Source: Rhizodiscina lignyota
Taxonomy: Eukaryota
Length of the DNA: 64,000 bases
Direction of reading: 5' to 3'
Assembly (NCBI GenBank): GCA_010015805.1
Contig: ML978124.1
Location: forward strand, 1,488,001-1,552,000
Position numbers and translations under genes: made by a program. Below, piece by piece: positions 1 through 10,795 of this stretch; the stretch's first letter is position 1, and the number at the start of each line of letters is the position of its first letter. Below the pieces are notes generated by a model. The model made no database searches, was not told the origin of the DNA, and saw only the letters and a program-made list of their open reading frames with translations.

Positions 1-2697
1 ATTTGATCATCAAGGCCACGACCGGCAACAAACTGCAATACTTGGACCTTGGATCGCAGAGCGCGGGCCAACGAGTCAAGGGGTTCTTTTCTGATATCCT
101 TACATACTGGGTGCTATATTCAAACTTGATCCCTCTCAGTTTGTTCGTGACTCTGGAAATTGTCAAGTATGCGCAAGCGTTTATGATTAACACAGATTTG
201 GACATTTATTACGATCCAACAGACACGCCCGCCAACTGTCGAACATCATCTCTCGTTGAAGAATTGGGTCAGGTCGAGTACATTTTCTCCGACAAAACTG
301 GGACATTGACTTGCAACATGATGGAATTCAAACAATGCTCCATCGCTGGACTGCAATACGCTGACGAGGTTCCCGAGGACCGAAGAGCTACGGTACAAGA
401 CGGCGTGGAGCTGGGGATACATGACTTTAAGCGGCTGAAAGAGAACACTCAGAATCATCCGACAAGGGAGATCATCGAACAATTCCTTACGCTGTTGAGT
501 GTTTGCCACACCGTTATTCCAGAGCGAAATGAGAAATCATCAAAGATCAAGTACCAGGCCGCATCGCCAGATGAAGGCGCTCTTGTCGAAGGTGCTGTTA
601 TGCTCGATTACCGATTCATCGCCAGGAAACCTCGCTCTGTTACCATTGACGTACTTGGCCAGCAGTTCGAGTTTGAGCTACTTGCGGTCAACGAGTTCAA
701 CTCAACCCGCAAGCGCATGTCGACTATTTTCCGATGCCCTGATGGCAAGATTCGGTGTTACTGCAAAGGTGCCGACACTGTTATCCTGGAGCGTCTGCAC
801 AAGGACAATCCATATGTCGAGACGACGCTGCAGCATCTTGAAGAATATGCAGCAGAAGGTCTGAGGACACTGTGTCTTGCAATGAGGGAAGTCCCGGAGC
901 AAGAGTTCCAGGAGTGGTTCCAGGTTTTCAATCAAGCCGCAACGACTGTTAGTGGCAACAGAGCGGAAGAGCTCGATAAAGCTGCTGAGATCATCGAGCA
1001 TGACCTCACTCTTCTCGGTGCAACGGCCATTGAAGACAAACTTCAAGATGGTGTGCCGGATACCATCCACACTCTTCAGACTGCTGGCATCAAAGTCTGG
1101 GTGTTGACGGGCGACCGGCAAGAGACTGCTATCAACATTGGCATGTCTTGCAAATTAATAAGTGAAGATATGACTCTGCTTATCGTGAACGAGGACAATG
1201 CGGCTGGAACAAGGGATAACCTCACGAAGAAACTTAACGCGATCCAAGGCCAAGCAACTGGCGGCATCGAGATGGAGACCCTTGCGCTCGTTATTGATGG
1301 GAAGAGCTTGACTTATGCGCTTGAGGCAGATCTGGAGAAGATGTTCCTTGATCTGGCAGTGATGTGCAAGGCCGTGATATGCTGGTACGTGTTCACTTGG
1401 TCAGTTTCAAAAACAATTGCTAATGAATTGCAGTCGTGTATCACCACTTCAGAAAGCACTGGTCGTCAAGCTTGTCAAGCGCCATCTCAAAGCAATCCTC
1501 CTCGCCATCGGAGACGGTGCCAACGACGTCTCCATGATCCAAGCCGCGCACGTTGGTATCGGTATTTCTGGTGTGGAAGGTCTTCAAGCAGCTCGAAGCG
1601 CAGATGTCGCCATTGCGCAATTTAGATATTTGAGGAAACTTTTGCTCGTGCATGGTGCTTGGAGCTACAGGCGCGTTAGCATAACGATCTTGTACAGCTT
1701 TTACAAGAACGTTGTGCTTTTCATGACACAATTCTGGGTAAGTCAATCCTACGACCGGCATCGCCATAATGACTAACAGCTCGTCCTTCACATAGTATGC
1801 CTTTCAAAATGGCTTTTCCGGTCAAGTCATCTACGAATCCTGGACATTGTCTTTCTACAATATCCTCTTCACCTCACTCCCACCTTTCGTCCTTGGTATT
1901 TTCGATCAATTTATCTCCGCTCGACTGCTGGACCGCTATCCACAGCTCTACCAGCTCAGTCAATCTGGCGTCTTCTTCAGGATGCATAGCTTTTTGTCAT
2001 GGGTCTTGAACGGCTTCTACCATTCTCTGATCCTTTACTGGTTCAGTGAAGCTTTCTTCTTAAACGACCTTCCGCAAGGCGATGGCAAAGTGGCTGGCCA
2101 CTGGGTGTGGGGTGGGGCTCTTTACACTGCTGCGTTAACAACGGCACTTGGAAAGGCCGCGCTTATTACGAATCTCTGGACCAAGTACACCGTTCTAGCA
2201 ATCCCTGGAAGCTTGGCCGTTTGGTTCATTTATCTGCCGATCTATGCAACTGTTGCCCCGAAGCTAGGATTCAGTACGGAATGGGCGGGTGTGCTTCCAA
2301 GGTTGTTCAGTAGTCCGGTCTTCTGGGTGATGATAGTAGTACTACCGGTACTATGCTTGCTGAGAGATATTGCGTGGAAGTATGCGAAGCGGATGTATTA
2401 CCCACAGGCTTACCATCACATCCAAGAGATCCAGAAATACAACATCCAGGACTACCGGCCAAGGTACGTTTGCCGATGCGCCTCTCCGTCATGGTTCGAA
2501 CAGGTTTACTGACTTCTTCATCTAGAATGGAGCAATTCCAAAAAGCTATCCGAAAAGTTCGCCAAGTGCAGCGCATGCGCAAGCAGCGTGGCTATGCCTT
2601 TTCGCAAACAGACGAGTCCCAAGCGCGCGTGCTGCAAGCGTACGATACAACGCGCGAACGTGGCAGATATGGCGAAATGGCCAGTTCGAGAAAATAG
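1..2697 (+). CDS. DRS2: P4-type ATPase / aminophospholipid flippase (5' part lies outside the window)
   Basis: Motifs FSDKTGTLT (phosphorylation site), [33 protein letters not shown] and C-terminal GYAFSQ. Introns at about 1385-1433, 1738-1795 and 2464-2525 join ORFs 3..1625, 1417..1776, 1847..2512 and 2353..2697. Confidence 0.96.
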
Positions 2698-3209
2698 CCA
2701 TCTGGCGGAAGAGTATATGCATTGTATCATAGGCTTGGCGTCTTCGGTTCCAAGGTGCGGACAGCGTGCCTGGGCGTTGTTTGTTTTCACTGCCAGATGT
2801 GGCAATGCGATGTGGATGTCGATAGGAATATGAGGTGACGATAGCTTAGTACGACTGGTTTTGCCGTGAATATCAGCTGTGGCATTGAGCCAATGCGGCT
2901 TCCAGCAACTTCATCTTTTATCATAACTCGTCACTTTAGGTTGGTTTTATTGGTTCTCAAATTAGCATGTGCGTTCGCCGTTGTGGTTGCCTTTTTGTCC
3001 AATCGCTCTTTACTTGTCAGCCGACGCCGGCGCGACTTGAACGTTCATCCATCCCCTCGATGAATATCGGGCCTCTTCGTCTTTTCGCATCCATTCTTCC
3101 ATTCAGAACATACGTTTGCATTACTTTGAACCGCTTTTACCATCGGTCGCTATTGCTTTTATCGAATCTACATCGGTCGTCGCGCCAAAATATATCGGGG
3201 AGACCGAAG

Positions 3210-4349
3210 ATGACCTCGAACACGATCCATTCAGCGGCTCCCGCCAACGATTTCAGACTCTTGCGACTCCCTACAGAACTGCGCTGGATGATATATGAAT
3301 ATGTCCTTGGCAGGAGCGGCACATGGCTCGACTTGGATCCCTTCACGGGTCTGTCGAATCGCAGAAGCATCCTAATCCTCCTACATATATCTCGGGCTCT
3401 GCGCAGGGACATCCTTACCTCCTTCACGGTTGTAGGACATTTCTATTACAACTTTGCCCCCGCGAAGATTGATGAATCCCACTCACCACTCCACCATAGA
3501 CGACCCGTTGAACACAGTCGTTGCAGTTATCCAAGGAGCCCGCCCCTGGTGAAGGATGGAGTAACATTGCCCGACGCATGCCTCGGGAGCAATTCCGGAT
3601 TGCTCCAATTGTTTCTTGACTTCTCTAGTCAGCACCTCCAGATCCATTTGATGCACTGGCTTGCCTGTCCTTTGCGTGGTCCGCGAGACATGATCCTTGC
3701 CTTCTGTCGGATGCTGCGCCGGGAAATGCTGCAGCATAAGCAACAGGCGGTGTTCACAATTGGGATGGACGATTACTACGGACAAGGACACTTTTTTCAA
3801 GACTTTGGAAACGAGGCCTTTGGCCTGTGGAAGAGAGTCGAGGGTATGTTCATCTGTCTCCCCGCACACCGAGCGCTATGGCCAAAATATCTTGAGTCTC
3901 GGAAATTCCCTCTGAATAGGACGACTCGCCACGGTATCGAGTTCCTTCGACTACAGACTGATTATGGGGAGGTCGACGATGGGGAGGTCAACAATGGAGT
4001 GGTCGAAAATGGCGAGGGCGACAATGGGGGAGACGACACTGGGGGAAACGACAATGGGGGATACGACACTGGGGGGAACGACAATGGGGAGGACGACGGC
4101 GGTGAGGAAAGCGATGAGGAAACCGAGGAGGCTGTTTGGCGCCGGGATGAGGCCGGATTTACAAGCATGGGAGTGTGGAGGACGAGCGGTGGAAGAAGGG
4201 TGTTCGAGCCCCGATACGCAGTGCTGGATGAGGATGTTATGCAACCCTGGGACGAGTACTGTCACGAAAAGGGTTTACTCTATTCCTCGGCTAGAGTACC
4301 CTGGGTCAGGCTTGCCAGGAAACCTCTCATCAAGAGTTATACTCTGTGA
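3210..4349 (+). CDS. Hypothetical protein with an N-terminal F-box-like/2EXR-like motif and an acidic Gly/Asp/Asn repeat
   Basis: Intronless ORF from ATG 3210. FRLLRLPTELRWMIYEYVL matches the LxxLPxELRxxIYxY pattern common in fungal F-box-like proteins. Confidence 0.65.
   Translation: MTSNTIHSAAPANDFRLLRLPTELRWMIYEYVLGRSGTWLDLDPFTGLSNRRSILILLHISRALRRDILTSFTVVGHFYYNFAPAKIDESHSPLHHRRPVEHSRCSYPRSPPLVKDGVTLPDACLGSNSGLLQLFLDFSSQHLQIHLMHWLACPLRGPRDMILAFCRMLRREMLQHKQQAVFTIGMDDYYGQGHFFQDFGNEAFGLWKRVEGMFICLPAHRALWPKYLESRKFPLNRTTRHGIEFLRLQTDYGEVDDGEVNNGVVENGEGDNGGDDTGGNDNGGYDTGGNDNGEDDGGEESDEETEEAVWRRDEAGFTSMGVWRTSGGRRVFEPRYAVLDEDVMQPWDEYCHEKGLLYSSARVPWVRLARKPLIKSYTL
3966..4100 (+). repeat. Nine degenerate 15-bp in-frame tandem repeats (consensus ~GGGGRRRACGACAAT)
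   Basis: ggggaggtcgacgat, ggggaggtcaacaat, ggagtggtcgaaaat, ggcgagggcgacaat, gggggagacgacact, gggggaaacgacaat and so on, encoding GEVDD/GEVNN/GGDDT/GGNDN pentapeptides. Confidence 0.85.
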
Positions 4350-4705
4350 TTTTCGTGCACGGCAAATCGGAGCGATGCGAAGGGTAGTATACACTCTTCT
4401 GACACTACAAGTCGTGTTGTTAAAGCTGTTCGCTCTCGGTAAAAACTTCTGTTCCTTTTCTCAGGTCATCCGAGTTTTACTTGCCTCTAGAGTAAGTGCA
4501 TTGCGCACTCATTCGCCTAAGCATGAGAAGGATCATTCGATTTGATGTGTAGTGTTCCGCAACACGCCGCGACCAGGCGTGGAAATATACTTCCAACCCC
4601 ACGAGTCCGTCGTCCAGTTAACATACATTGAGAGCGAATTACACGACATTCTGGAAGGCCATGAATTCAGCAGACTTGCCTACCAGAGTCCACTCCCAAG
4701 CCAGT

Positions 4706-7700
4706 TCAAAAGTTCCTCGGGCCCACCAACGTCTTTGCCTCCACCCAGACTTCCACCTCCACCGTCACACCTTCAGTGCCCTTTTGTTTGACCTCAACTC
4801 GCTCCCGAAATAGCCCAGACGACCCCTCTAACGCCTCTAGCGCCTCGGCCAGAGCCTTCCTCCTAGCTTCTCGATGGTTGATATCGTCAATCTTCCGCGG
4901 CCTTTCCCCACACTCCACATTCAGCAAGCGATCAGACGCGTCCTTATTAGCTTGACCAAGTATCGTGTACGCCCCATCCAGCACCTCCTCGTTCACTTCC
5001 TTCGTCACATGCTCCGCAAACATTGGGTCCTCGGAATCTTCCGCTGCCGTTGTGGTCGTTGTCCGTTGGTGGATAAGGTAGATCGTCTTCTTATACCAGC
5101 CAAGCTTGGAATCCGGCTTAATGCCCTCGTGTTGGAGGCGCAGCTGTCGTTGTACGCGGACGCAGAATCCACTGCCGTCCTGTAGTTCAATAACATGGTT
5201 GTAAAGGCCGTCAGAGTCCCACTCGATGAGTGACTTGCGATAATTTGTCCCTGGGCCTATGCCAAAACGAGCGGATCCAGCTTCCTTGGACGCTGCTGTG
5301 TTTGCTTCTCTGACGCTAGTGAATCCATTCTTCTGTCCACATTGGAGCCACTCGTCCGTCGGGATCGCATCAGCGCCTGGCGCGGCCCATGTCTTCCTTT
5401 CTATTCGGTAGACCCAATGATAGGCGTCCGGGTCGGTGATGGGAGAGTCCTCGCGCGAGAAGCCACACTCCTCCTCATATTGCCTTTCATCTTCCTCCAA
5501 TTGCTCTTTCCGCAGCTCCTCATAGTATGCCTTGACAGCCGCATTGTTCATTTGCTTGCCACCCGTTGATGGACGCACCGAAGGTTTGATTTGTCGCGGA
5601 AGTGGCTCCTCCGCCTTTTCCGCCGGCAGTAAGTTACTAGAATATTCATCATTAAACTCGATAGCTTGGCCATCGTGCGCTTGCGAACCGTCGTCCGCGA
5701 CATCGCCTATCTGTCTTCTGTGTACAGTCGATGTACTCAGTCTGGCTAGTTTCTCCTTTGCGTTCTTGTACCTCTTCCTAATCTCCGATTCGGTGACTTG
5801 CTCGCCGGTCGCGTCTCTGAGCTTGAACTGACATCCATGGACTGTAATTCCAGAATCGCGCCATGCAACAATCTTTCGCTCGATATTGGTGATGAGTCCA
5901 CTCTGGAGACCACTCTGAAGGGTGCGCAGAATATCCACGCGTGGGAGAGTACTCTGCGGAACTTCTTCTTTCTCTGGAAGCAGCGCGGCTTGGAGAGCAG
6001 CCGCAGCTTCAGGATCGGAGATTGGCATTCCAGCGTTAGCAGCACTGATTGATAGCACTTTGCGATTGGTCTGCAACCATTTCTGCCCATCTGTCCGTGC
6101 TGGTCCCTTCCTCCCGGCCGCATTCTTGCCCTTGCTCTTCGACCCATTGGTAACCTTTTCCGCGCGTCTTTCCATGTCATCTCCACCTCTGCGAGTGCCA
6201 TAGTTCAGTGCCACTGGAGGAATGCCTAGGTTGGCGCCAATCGCATACCATTGAGAAACAAGGTCCTTCTGCGAGCTCTGAGCAACGGCCGCTGTGTCAC
6301 CCTTCTGAGCATCTGCATGATGCTCTGTTGGATCCTTCTCAACATTGTCGCTCTTTTCCAGATTTTGGTGTTCGTCTGCTGCTGGCTTCTCGTCCATGAT
6401 GTCGTCTTGACTTGGCTGTTCCGGCTCATTAGCATTCTTGGCGTCCTTGGATTGCAACTGTTCCACTTCAAGGACAGGCTGGCCATGTACAGAGCTGCTC
6501 TCCTCTGGAGGTTGACTGGGTCCAGAGAAGAGATCATCATGTTGGTCGTCGATCTCTCTCAATTCCTCTGCAACATTGGATTCTCCAAGCGGAGCCGTAG
6601 ATTTTTCACATTCACCATTCAACTCCTCTTGCTCTGGGCTATCCTTCCGGCCACTTTGTGATGGTTCAGCATCCTCTGCACGCTGTCTCACACGCTCATC
6701 GAACGCACGCTTTTTCGCCTGTTTCTCCCCAAGAGCTTCCAAACCCGCCTTGTCAATTACCTGTTTTGTCGTTACGAATTCTTGTACGACTGGTGGTAGT
6801 GGAGCTGGGGTGCTTGGCTGATCGTTCACAACTAGATATTGGCTGGGGAAATGTCGGCGTCGAGGGACTGGTGGTAGTGGAGTTGGAGAATGTAGCTGAT
6901 CGACCAAAACTGGATATTGGCTCGGAAATTGTCGGCGTCGAGGGACGTTGTATTGAGGTTCCGGCACTTCCGACTCAGAAGAACTGTCAACCACAAATGG
7001 TCCTTTAGAATCTATTTGGTGGGAAGGTAGACGGGAAGGCTGTGCCTGCGTAGCGACGTCTCGCTGCCACTGCTTGATGCGTCTCGTCGGTGATGGTGAT
7101 CTCACATCTTCATACCTCCTTTTAAAATGCTGTTGTCCGGTAGTGTTGTCACTCCCGCCTTCTTCCTTGACTCTAGGAGTTTCCCGTGCATGTCCAGAGA
7201 CATGGTTACATGGGATGCTAAGAAAGCGGCAATGACAGGAAAGCCCTTGCTTCTGCTTATGTCGTGCGCGAGAAGAGTCATGCGTAGGTCTGAAGGGGCT
7301 CAACGACTCAGGCCTAGAAGTTGGTGCACCTTCCTCATCGCCTGACACTGTAAGGTCGATAAATTGCTCAGCCATTCCGGGTTGATCCCAGCGGCCGGAG
7401 AATGACTCCATGTGGTGAACGTTCGGAGATGGGGGAAGAGGGTTTGAATGCAGATGATGTTGTCGTCCGTAACTTTGGGTATATCCTGGGGGTGGATTTC
7501 TATTTTGAAAGTTGGAAGAGGAAGAATTGGGGTTGTGTTGCTCGGATACTGCCGGGGGAGAGGGGGGATTGATGTTGTGTTGCTCTGGCACTACGAGCCG
7601 AGCACGGAAAAGGTCGTTAGCGGTGAGTTGATTTGGTTTGGAATCGACTTGAAGATAGTCTGAATTAAGTTCTGGGGAAGCATCTGGAGGATTGAAGCGA

Positions 7701-8068
7701 TCGTGGGGGTGTGAGTGTTTGGTTCCGGATGAGGGCTGAGCGGGAGTGACTTGGTTTCGCTTATGAAGGAGTTGACGGTCCCGAGAAGGTTGCATGGGTG
7801 CAGGAGAGCGGCGAAGAAGTGAAGCTCTGGCTGCTAGACGCTGGCCGATCGCAGTCTGGGGACCATGTTGCGGTGCCCGCTTCCTCATCTTGTTGCGCTG
7901 TACCTTTGAATTATTGTACGTGTTCAGGATATCATCTGCCTCCGTAAGAATAATGATATTTTGTTTTTCTCTTTGAAGCTCTCTCTGGATCTCGTTAAGC
8001 TGGTTCTGGAGTTGTTTAGTACGGCTTCGGTGGTTGTAGAGTTTGAAAGCCGCTTGATTGATAGGCAT
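4706..8068 (-). CDS. Large hypothetical protein (1120 aa), mostly disordered, with an N-terminal coiled coil, a possible Myb/HTH-like segment and a structured C-terminus
   Basis: 3.36-kb stop-free ORF starting at ATG 8068, with low-complexity P/S/Q/E tracts and a C-terminus ending VEVWVEAKTLVGPRNF. Confidence 0.8.
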   Translation of the reverse strand: MPINQAAFKLYNHRSRTKQLQNQLNEIQRELQREKQNIIILTEADDILNTYNNSKVQRNKMRKRAPQHGPQTAIGQRLAARASLLRRSPAPMQPSRDRQLLHKRNQVTPAQPSSGTKHSHPHDRFNPPDASPELNSDYLQVDSKPNQLTANDLFRARLVVPEQHNINPPSPPAVSEQHNPNSSSSNFQNRNPPPGYTQSYGRQHHLHSNPLPPSPNVHHMESFSGRWDQPGMAEQFIDLTVSGDEEGAPTSRPESLSPFRPTHDSSRARHKQKQGLSCHCRFLSIPCNHVSGHARETPRVKEEGGSDNTTGQQHFKRRYEDVRSPSPTRRIKQWQRDVATQAQPSRLPSHQIDSKGPFVVDSSSESEVPEPQYNVPRRRQFPSQYPVLVDQLHSPTPLPPVPRRRHFPSQYLVVNDQPSTPAPLPPVVQEFVTTKQVIDKAGLEALGEKQAKKRAFDERVRQRAEDAEPSQSGRKDSPEQEELNGECEKSTAPLGESNVAEELREIDDQHDDLFSGPSQPPEESSSVHGQPVLEVEQLQSKDAKNANEPEQPSQDDIMDEKPAADEHQNLEKSDNVEKDPTEHHADAQKGDTAAVAQSSQKDLVSQWYAIGANLGIPPVALNYGTRRGGDDMERRAEKVTNGSKSKGKNAAGRKGPARTDGQKWLQTNRKVLSISAANAGMPISDPEAAAALQAALLPEKEEVPQSTLPRVDILRTLQSGLQSGLITNIERKIVAWRDSGITVHGCQFKLRDATGEQVTESEIRKRYKNAKEKLARLSTSTVHRRQIGDVADDGSQAHDGQAIEFNDEYSSNLLPAEKAEEPLPRQIKPSVRPSTGGKQMNNAAVKAYYEELRKEQLEEDERQYEEECGFSREDSPITDPDAYHWVYRIERKTWAAPGADAIPTDEWLQCGQKNGFTSVREANTAASKEAGSARFGIGPGTNYRKSLIEWDSDGLYNHVIELQDGSGFCVRVQRQLRLQHEGIKPDSKLGWYKKTIYLIHQRTTTTTAAEDSEDPMFAEHVTKEVNEEVLDGAYTILGQANKDASDRLLNVECGERPRKIDDINHREARRKALAEALEALEGSSGLFRERVEVKQKGTEGVTVEVEVWVEAKTLVGPRNF
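6788..6946 (-). repeat. 78-bp intragenic tandem duplication (2 copies)
   Basis: gactggtggtagtggag...gtcggcgtcgagg starts at both 6788 and 6866. It encodes PRRRQFPSQYPVLVDQLHSPTPLPPV / PRRRHFPSQYLVVNDQPSTPAPLPPV. Confidence 0.9.
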
Positions 8069-8779
8069 ATTTATACGTGATCAATCCGCCGATAAGTGTG
8101 CAGGTGGCCAAAATAGCCTGATTATGAAATGAGATTGAAGTAGTAGGAAGCCTCTGCACTTATTGCGCACGCTTTTGATCGGGGGCTACCAAAGACTTGA
8201 GAAATATATGTTAAGAGATTCAAGATTGGGAAGGAGAGAAATGGCACAAGAAGGCAACCGCACGGCATGCAATCAGAGACAATTCGGTCACGCTTCACAT
8301 CATGTGGACTATTAAGTATGGTTTAGAACCTCTATCTTGTATTACGGGAAAGGACATGAGACTTAGTCTAAGGATATGGTTGCAATGGGATGCCAGCGGT
8401 GGCCCAAAGAGCCGAGGGACTCCTGGATATATATAAGCCATTAGATAAAATCATTGCACATGTCCTGTTTCAGCTTGGACTATTGAATAGCGGGTGGTAG
8501 TGGATCATGTGGGACAATGGACTTTGAGGCAAAGAGTTATGGTTTCTCAACGACAGAGGTCCACAAAGCGACCTGTCAGGACGGGACGGTCTTGGCGTGT
8601 CCAACGCAAACTTGCCAAGGAAAGTCATGCCCGCCCCGCCCCACTCTGCTCATTATCACTTTGCGAACTTTGTCGTCCAGTTTCCAATCCGAAGTGTAAA
8701 TGTCATGAGCCACAAACAACAGGTTAGTATCAATATTTCATATAATCAATATTTCATTGTGTTTTGCTTCTACCCGTTT

Positions 8780-9765
8780 TCAATCATGGTCGTTATACTT
8801 CTCGACAAACCGTAAAACAGCCTCGACAAATCCCTCTGGATTCTCCTCTGCACACCAGTGCCCACTGCCCTCCACGCTCGCCGCTTCGACGCGACTATAC
8901 ATCTCCCTCGCCTGACCTTCGGCGCTCTCGCACCATGGACTCTCCCTTCCTGCCAGCGCTAAACACGGCACCGAGCACTTCCCCTGCGCCTTGACCCGTT
9001 CAACGTTCGCGCGCGCATCTGCCTCGAAAGCACGATACGTGTCGAACCCACAGCGTAGTGCGCCAGCTTGGCTGTACTTGCGGACGTAATGTGCAATGTC
9101 CCCGTCGCCAATAGCGCCTGCGTTATGCGCGTGTCGCGCGTAGAAGTGCTCGAGGTACATTGCTTCGCGGCCGGCAACAAGAGCCTCGGGAAGATCAGGT
9201 TGCTGGTGGAAGGAGAAATGGAAGACTGCAGGGTCGTGTTTGATTGCGGAATAGGTGGACGTCCCTGGGAGAGGACATTCGCCGAAAATGACACTTTGTG
9301 TGAAGGAGGGGAATGAAGTGGCGAGGGCGTGGCTCACCATAGCGCCAATGTCGTGGCCAACAACTAATGAGCGTTAGCATGAGTGTAGAGAGGGCGCACC
9401 AATGGGAAAGCCGTACTGTGGGCGGGCTCCGCGATATCCAGATGCGTGGTCAGTAGGGCGTAGATGTCGGCAGCCATGCTAGTCTTGTGGAAGCCGTCGA
9501 GACCGCGCGGATGCGAGCTATCACCTGCGCCTCGGTAGTCAGGCGCGATGACCCGGTAGCCGGCATCGGCGAGGGGTGTGATAACGTGTCGGAACTGATA
9601 TGAAGTCTGGGGGAAGCCATGGATGAGGACAATGTTGCCCTTTGGGTGCGTTGTCTTGACGCAGTCGATGTACGCTAGGGTAACTTCGTCGGGCGTAGAG
9701 ACCTGGCCACTAATATGGGCATGACCGCGACGCCAGGCAGTGTCATCGTAGGCTCTTGCTGCCAT
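8780..9765 (-). CDS. Alpha/beta hydrolase, epoxide hydrolase / haloacetate dehalogenase family
   Basis: HGFPQ oxyanion motif, APDYRGAGDS, Asp-nucleophile elbow VGHDIGAM (restored by intron 9364-9416) and catalytic-His motif SGHWCAEENPE. Confidence 0.9.
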
Positions 9766-9935
9766 TTTTGAACTACATTTAAGATAGCCAATTAGACCAC
9801 TTGTAACTCGTACAAAGCACAAGACAATTGGAGAACGTTAGAACGCCTTCTGAGGTGAAAAAGCATGATTTATCTTGTGTTCAACAGCAGGATGCTTTGA
9901 AATCAGCTTTGTTATTTTGTCGATATAGTGCTCGG

Positions 9936-9993
9936 GATGACGCTCGACGTGCCCTTTTCGAGCATCATATCGAGCGTCATTTCGAGCGTCATT
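9936..9993. repeat. One inverted and three direct copies of a 12-mer (TCGAGCGTCATY) upstream of the hydrolase
   Basis: gatgacgctcga (9936-9947), then tcgagcatcata, tcgagcgtcatt, tcgagcgtcatt (9958-9993). Confidence 0.8.
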
Positions 9994-10795
9994 ATGCCTA
10001 AGCCCGGTATCTCTATCACTTCTCAAGACACAAACACGAAAAGTATCGGAAAATTATCCGACGCATATTTACTTTCACCATGGAGAAGCCGTAATGTGGA
10101 TAGGCTCCGCGATGCCCAGATGTGAAGTACAGCATCATTACGATAATAGAGAATGACTTGGCCACAGCTTGAGGCGTCCCAAAATCCCGAGCATGTTTCA
10201 CAAGTGACGAAAGGGCCTTCTCATTTACGCACACTCGCAAAAACTTGTCACTGTTGCTTGAAACAGTGAAAGCTCGTGAATGGCATAATCACAGTGTGAG
10301 ACCAGAAGCACCGATGATCATACAACCAAGACCTTCATTCCATAAAGATTCTACCAAGACTGGCAAAACCTGTTCATCTCCTAAAAGTACATAGGTAGAA
10401 AAAATCTGCAAAAAGATGCTTGTGGAAGCATTTCAAGCCGAATGGAAGAAGTTCATGCTCTCATACCATCGCCCGCCCTTTTTCAAAGAAGTTGTGTTTT
10501 CCATTGCAAAAAAGAAGTGTAAGGGTCATTACCGCCCGATGGACCCGCGGGTATAGTGACATTCCCCCAACTTTTTGTGACCGTTTCCCCAGGAGAAATC
10601 GACAAAAGAGAAATGAGAAATGCCCCCATGCCCGCTAAGTAAGCAGGTGCAATGCCACTCGGAACGCCTCTCGCTCGAGTATTGTGAAGAAGGATCGACT
10701 GTAGAAGATGCAGACTAGGGAAAAACGAATGCGCAACGGCCTGCACTCCATGATTAGGTAGCGTCGTCGTGGGAGGCGTTCAGGCAATAGCCGAA

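Noticed and set aside
3966..4100. Regular short repeats as a CRISPR-like array
   Set aside because: Head-to-tail in-frame coding repeats with no unique spacers and no cas genes, in a eukaryotic context.
8780..9765. Recent bacterial horizontal transfer of the GC-rich alpha/beta hydrolase
   Set aside because: It has a normal spliceosomal intron and the family is common in fungi; GC content alone is insufficient without a phylogeny.
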